From Candidatus Poribacteria bacterium (GTDB taxonomy: Bacteria > Poribacteria > WGA-4E > WGA-3G): DNA of 64,000 nucleotides. The DNA is taken from assembly GCA_965218285.1 (NCBI GenBank), contig OZ244616.1:1255827-1319826 (forward strand). Direction: 5' to 3'. This document shows positions 59,380 to 64,000 of the stretch, one piece after another; the stretch's first letter is position 1; every line of letters begins with the position of its first letter. The notes below the pieces were generated by a model. The model did not search any database. It was given only the letters and a program-made list of their open reading frames with translations, and had not been told where the DNA came from. A program made the position numbers and the translations under genes.

Positions 59380-60950
59380 TATTTCTCAGGTGAAGAAGGT
59401 TTTTCTTCTTCTAACAAATTGACGAAGAGATCTTCCACCTTAACTTTTTTGGAGATTAACTTTTTTTCATAAGCGAATTTCGCAAAAGCTTCCCACTTCT
59501 CTGCAGATTGTATCTGCGTTGTGGCAAATAGATCCACCGTATCCTTAAAAGCGAGTTTTTCTAATTCTTTGCTGGCATCAGGGTTTGCCTTAAAAAAGAG
59601 TTGTAGCGCGGTATCAGGATTCTTCTTCGTAAATTTAATTGCTTCCTGAATCGCCATCATCAGTTTTTTCGCAGTTTCAGGATGTTTCTCCAAATAAGAG
59701 TCATTCGTGATAATGACTAACTCATAATAATCCGGAATACCGTGTTTCTCAAGTGGGAAATAATCTGCTTCTGCGCCTTCAAGTTTTAGCATGTTTATCT
59801 CGTAATTCCGAAAAGGTCCGATAACTGCGTCAATCTGACCAGTCAGGAGAGGTGCCATAATGTTCGCACCTATGTTTATCAGTTCATAATCATCTTCTGA
59901 TAATCCAGCATTTGCAGCTATAGCATTAAACAGAAGTACATCCAACGGTGCGACCGTGTATCCGATCTTTTTTCCTTTGAAATCCGCAGGAGTTTTAATG
60001 CCACTCTTCTTCAGAAAACTGATTGTGTTTAGCGGATGTTCAACAAGTAACCCAATTGATTTAACCGGTAAAGCCTCTTCGCTTGCGCGTGCAATTGTTA
60101 CACTCTGTTGGTAACTTACTGCAAATGGTGCTTGTCCAGCTGCTACAAATTTCAACGGGGCATTCGGATCACCACCCCATCGCAATTCGACCTCTAACCC
60201 ATGTTTGGCAAAAGTTTTATTCTGTTGCGCAACATAAAGAGGAGCATGATCAATATTTGGAAGCCAATCCAGAAGCAACGTAACCTTCTCCATTTCGGAC
60301 AGTGGAGCTTTATAGATTGCTTTTACATCGGCATTCACACCGACGAACATACTCCAATTTCCCCAAGCTTGACTTACCTTTACCAACAACAAGTTATTAC
60401 CCTGTTTTAGGTTAACTTGAAATGTATCTTGATAGCCCCCTGAGCCTCGGTCGACTGGGTTTTTATGAACCACCTCTCCGTTGAGCCACACTTTTACAGA
60501 GTCATCACTGCCAACTCTCATCGTCACACCATTCCGAGCAAGCGTAGATTCAAGCGTAATCAAAGCGTAAGCTGAATGATCGAACACTTCACCATCTGCC
60601 CACCCCAATTTATCGAAAAGATCCGTAAGATTATCAATTTCACCGACGAAATTATAGGTGTTTCCAATGCCATTAAAGCGAAGTTTATCGAGCGTCCACG
60701 CATAATTGCCGACGAAGTCTCCGGCATGTGCCCCGTTAGTCGCAACATCTATCTCTGTGATGTCGCCGTCAGTGGCAACTGCAAGTGAATCCACATCGGT
60801 GGAAGCCGCGCCCCCCTGATCTGGTTCGGTTGGGGCGATCATCCAAAGCCATGGACCGGTAATATACTCTTGGGCGATGCAAGGAGATAGATAGGACATT
60901 GAAAGCAAAAACAGTGTAAAGAGAAGAATCGAACATAAATTCATTTTCAT
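59379..60950 (-). CDS. NMT1/ThiY-like ABC substrate-binding protein fused to an N-terminal beta-sandwich domain
   Basis: LLLDWLPNIDHAPLYVA...DFKGKKIGY...PDYYEL after a GPWLW...GSDDSVKVWLNG domain. Confidence 0.85.
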   Translation of the reverse strand: MKMNLCSILLFTLFLLSMSYLSPCIAQEYITGPWLWMIAPTEPDQGGAASTDVDSLAVATDGDITEIDVATNGAHAGDFVGNYAWTLDKLRFNGIGNTYNFVGEIDNLTDLFDKLGWADGEVFDHSAYALITLESTLARNGVTMRVGSDDSVKVWLNGEVVHKNPVDRGSGGYQDTFQVNLKQGNNLLLVKVSQAWGNWSMFVGVNADVKAIYKAPLSEMEKVTLLLDWLPNIDHAPLYVAQQNKTFAKHGLEVELRWGGDPNAPLKFVAAGQAPFAVSYQQSVTIARASEEALPVKSIGLLVEHPLNTISFLKKSGIKTPADFKGKKIGYTVAPLDVLLFNAIAANAGLSEDDYELINIGANIMAPLLTGQIDAVIGPFRNYEINMLKLEGAEADYFPLEKHGIPDYYELVIITNDSYLEKHPETAKKLMMAIQEAIKFTKKNPDTALQLFFKANPDASKELEKLAFKDTVDLFATTQIQSAEKWEAFAKFAYEKKLISKKVKVEDLFVNLLEEEKPSSPEK

Positions 60951-61073
60951 CAGAAATCCCTCCTATTTTCGGGAGTGAGAATTCAGTTTCTGACAGGTTG
61001 TGTGACTGCATTCTGAAACCGAACTTCAATTATTGAATTTCACAGTTTTATAAAAAATCCAAAACTTTGTATT

Positions 61074-61624
61074 ATACCAAATTAACGGGATTAGAAGTTT
61101 TCTAATAGCGGTTAGCATTGCGAGGCACGGGGACCTCGCACTACAAATGGGGTTAATTTGGTATTATACCAAATTAACGGGATTAGAAGTTTTCTAATAG
61201 CGGTTAGCATTGCGAGGCACGGGGACCTCGCACTACAAATGGGGTTAATTTGGTATTATACCAAATTAACGGGATTAGAAGTTTTCTAATAGCGGTTAGC
61301 ATTGCGAGGCACGGGGACCTCGCACTACAAATGGGGTTAATTTGGTATTATACCAAATTAACGGGATTAGAAGTTTTCTAATAGCGGTTAGCATTGCGAG
61401 GCACGGGGACCTCGCACTACAAATGGGGTTAATTTGGTATTATACCAAATTAACGGGATTAGAAGTTTTCTAATAGCGGTTAGCATTGCGAGGCACGGGG
61501 ACCTCACACTACAAATGGGGTTAATTTGGTATTATACCAAATTAACGGGATTAGAAGTTTTCTAATAGCGGTTAGCATTGCGAGGCACGGGGACCTCACA
61601 CTACAAATGGGGTTAATTTGGTAT
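61074..61624. repeat. Tandem array of 6 complete 91-bp TIR-bounded REP elements (period 92)
   Basis: Unit starts 61074, 61166, 61258, 61350, 61442, 61534. Confidence 0.97.
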
Positions 61625-61670
61625 TATACCATTTCTATGATAGATTTTACAATTAACAATATACTACAAA

Positions 61671-61862
61671 CAGGGTTATTTAGTTTTAAAAATTATCAGT
61701 TGATGAGTGTTACTCATAGTTTATTTCGTAGGTCGGGTAGAGCGGTAGTGAAACCCGACAGGAACTAAGCGTGTCGGGTTTCGCAAACTCTACCCGACGG
61801 ACAGGTAGTTATATAGAAATGTGAAAAAATATAGCAGAAATACCGAAAACCAAATAACTCTA
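61671..61862. repeat. CAGGGTTATTTAG-type element with an inverted REP pair
   Basis: GTAGGTCGGGTAGAG...GAAACCCGAC / GTCGGGTTTC...CTCTACCCGAC inside degenerate TIRs. Confidence 0.7.
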
Positions 61863-61901
61863 CACTACAAATGAAATTTCTCCGCAGTGATTTGAATACA
61901 C

Positions 61902-62726
61902 TTATCGGACATCTGATATATTATTCTGATGCTGTCGCCACGGCATTACGAAACGTTCCAGCAGCGTCATTATTGCAAAGAGACCTAAACCTAATACAGT
62001 TAGACATAAAATAGCCGCGAATACGAGTGAAGTGCGGAGTTGTGCATTCGCATACAACATAAGATAGCCAAGTCCAGCACTCGCTCCAAGCCATTCACCT
62101 ATCACCGCACCAATCGTAGAGATTGATATGCCTATTTTTGCGCCTGAGAAGATAAACGGCAACGCTGATGGGATGCGTACTTTCCAAAGTATCTGCCAAC
62201 GAGATGCCCGTAATATCCTAAATAGATTCACCGTATCAGGGTCGGTAGACTTCAAACCATCCAATGTATTCAGCACAATCGCGAAAAATACGATGATTGC
62301 TGCCATCACGACTTTTGAGGCAATCCCGAATTTAAACCACATCACTAACAAAGGTGCAATCGCAAAGACCGGCACCGTTTGTGAACCAATGACATACGGA
62401 TAGAAGGCTTTCTCCAGAATAGGAAACTCAAACATCAATATAGCTAATGGAACACCGATGCTAATGGCAAGTGCAAATCCAAGTACCATTTCCTGAAGCG
62501 TCACGAACGAATGTTTCAGTAGCAGTTCGCGTTTTACGAATAGTGTCACCACAATTTTTGAGGGTGGCGGGAGAATAAAATGGGGTGTATTTCTAATATA
62601 CACACCTGCTTCCCATATCCCCAATACAGCTAACAAAATAAACATAGGTAGCACGAGTTTAGTGAACATCTGCATCAATTCTCTTAACAGCAAAAAGCCA
62701 TCTTCCATTTTTGGTATAGGGAACAT
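61902..62726 (-). CDS. ABC transporter permease (ThiX/SsuC-like)
   Basis: ILPPPS, PVFAIAPL, IPSALP.IFSG, GAVIGEW..A..GLG; true start may be 62675 or 62669. Confidence 0.9.
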   Translation of the reverse strand: MFPIPKMEDGFLLLRELMQMFTKLVLPMFILLAVLGIWEAGVYIRNTPHFILPPPSKIVVTLFVKRELLLKHSFVTLQEMVLGFALAISIGVPLAILMFEFPILEKAFYPYVIGSQTVPVFAIAPLLVMWFKFGIASKVVMAAIIVFFAIVLNTLDGLKSTDPDTVNLFRILRASRWQILWKVRIPSALPFIFSGAKIGISISTIGAVIGEWLGASAGLGYLMLYANAQLRTSLVFAAILCLTVLGLGLFAIMTLLERFVMPWRQHQNNISDVR

Positions 62727-62805
62727 GCCAATAGTTCTATCTACTGCCTAAGCAGTACCAAAAAAGAAGCGGCTAAATACCTCATATTGGAGGTGCGCAA
62801 TCTCG

Positions 62806-62895
62806 TTTTGTATTTCCCTACGCTGGCATGACCCAGATCAGGTTCAAAGGGTGTTTTCTCAGCTCTTAATGATGTAAGAGCACCCCATAATATCA
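62806..62895 (-). promoter_or_regulatory. TPP riboswitch
   Basis: GGGGTGC...GCTGAGA...ACCCTTTGAACCTGATCTGGGTCATGCCAGCGTAGGGAA upstream of the thiamine genes. Confidence 0.95.
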
Positions 62896-63075
62896 TTCCA
62901 ATTGTATTATATCATATTCTGAATATTTAATGCAAGATTTTTGGACGACTGGTTTACCCCCAGTTTTTAATAGCACTTATTTTGTATATTTTTCTTTAGT
63001 TGTTGTGCCAAAGCGTTTTGTCTGCTAAACTACTTTCAAGTTTTATTTTATAGTGCATTTTTTGGAGGTTTTCCA

Positions 63076-64000
63076 TTGAAACGTTTTGCACCGAACAAAG
63101 TGAATACGCGTGCGCTCATCCCAAAAGTAAAGCAAGGGTTCAAAATAGTATTGAAACGTCCTGCGCTCAGAAATCTGATTTTGGTCATATTTGCGAGTGT
63201 TCGCGCACCTACTTTTCGGATAAACACGCTTGCGGCGCACTTACCTGTGTTAGTAGCGCATTATAAAACGAAGCAAAAGCGGTTGCTCCGTTTTATCAAC
63301 TCAAACTTTCCGACAGATATTGCGTTAGTGGCGTGGTGTCGTTTTGTCTTATGCTGGCTATATGACAAGATCGGTCAGGCACCACGCATCGTGCTCGTTG
63401 ATGAGACCGACATTCTTGAACACTATAGAGTGATCGTCATGGCAGTGCCATTTCGCAAACGGGCTATTCCGATCTATTGGAAAATCTACCGAAAAGACGC
63501 TTTTGACAAAATGGTCTACCGTAGTCATAATGCGCTTGTTCAAGAGTTTTGTTGTGAGTTCATTAAGCATTTTGAAAACGCTTTGCCGAATGTCCGGAGA
63601 CCGATTTTGGTGTTTGATAGAGGATTTGCTCGCGCAAAATATCTCATGAAACCTTTTATGGAAGCCGGTATTGAGTTTGTTATACGCGTTTGCAAAAATA
63701 CTTGTTTTTATCACAACAACCAACGCATCAAACTTGAAACGCTGCAAAAGACAGGAGCCTATCCTGACATATCTTATCACAGCACGGAGAAACTCAAACT
63801 AAACCTTTATGTTTTCAAAGATGCACGCCATAAAGAACCGCTTTATCTTGTTTCAAATAGTTTGCGCAATACACAACTCTATCTCACCTATAGACAGCGG
63901 ATGCAAATAGAAGAATGTTTTCGTGATATAAAGACACTTTTCGGATTTCGGCAGCTACGATTGAAACAGCAAAAACTGCCACGCGTCGCATTGTTATGGT
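63076..64000 (+). CDS. IS4-family DDE transposase, 3' end outside the window
   Basis: Manual translation from GGAGG + TTG: KQKRLLRF, VLVDET, RAIPIYW, VFDRGF, FVIRV, YRQRMQIEECFRDIK. Confidence 0.88.
   Translation, partial: MKRFAPNKVNTRALIPKVKQGFKIVLKRPALRNLILVIFASVRAPTFRINTLAAHLPVLVAHYKTKQKRLLRFINSNFPTDIALVAWCRFVLCWLYDKIGQAPRIVLVDETDILEHYRVIVMAVPFRKRAIPIYWKIYRKDAFDKMVYRSHNALVQEFCCEFIKHFENALPNVRRPILVFDRGFARAKYLMKPFMEAGIEFVIRVCKNTCFYHNNQRIKLETLQKTGAYPDISYHSTEKLKLNLYVFKDARHKEPLYLVSNSLRNTQLYLTYRQRMQIEECFRDIKTLFGFRQLRLKQQKLPRVALLW

Noticed and set aside
61074-61624. CRISPR or guide array
   Set aside because: Units are essentially identical along their whole length
62945-63075. Left terminal repeat of the IS4-like element
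   Set aside because: The other end is outside the window, so the boundary cannot be supported

Overview
About 42% GC bacterial chromosome segment. The protein families point to Candidatus Poribacteria or a relative (inference): WD40, YWTD-like and CRTAC1 proteins ending in an NYPNPFNPETWIPY FlgD/T9SS-like domain, and proteins ending in a VxPxGKxxTTWGxxK motif. Coding content: a cluster of secreted repeat proteins next to a PorV-like gene, efflux TolC and adaptor, a type II R-M pair, purH, a TPP-riboswitch thiamine operon, several orphan antitoxins, an intact tnpB element and a partial IS4-like transposase. The intergenic DNA is the most unusual part. It holds a modular set of GTAG-type REP hairpins packaged inside at least four kinds of short TIR-bounded elements, which nest, form 37-, 92- and ~128-bp tandem arrays, and disrupt a gene. 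It also holds non-autonomous IS200/IS605-family elements that keep RNA-guide (omegaRNA-like) scaffolds but have no nuclease gene. All calls come from reading the sequence by eye; no database searches were run.
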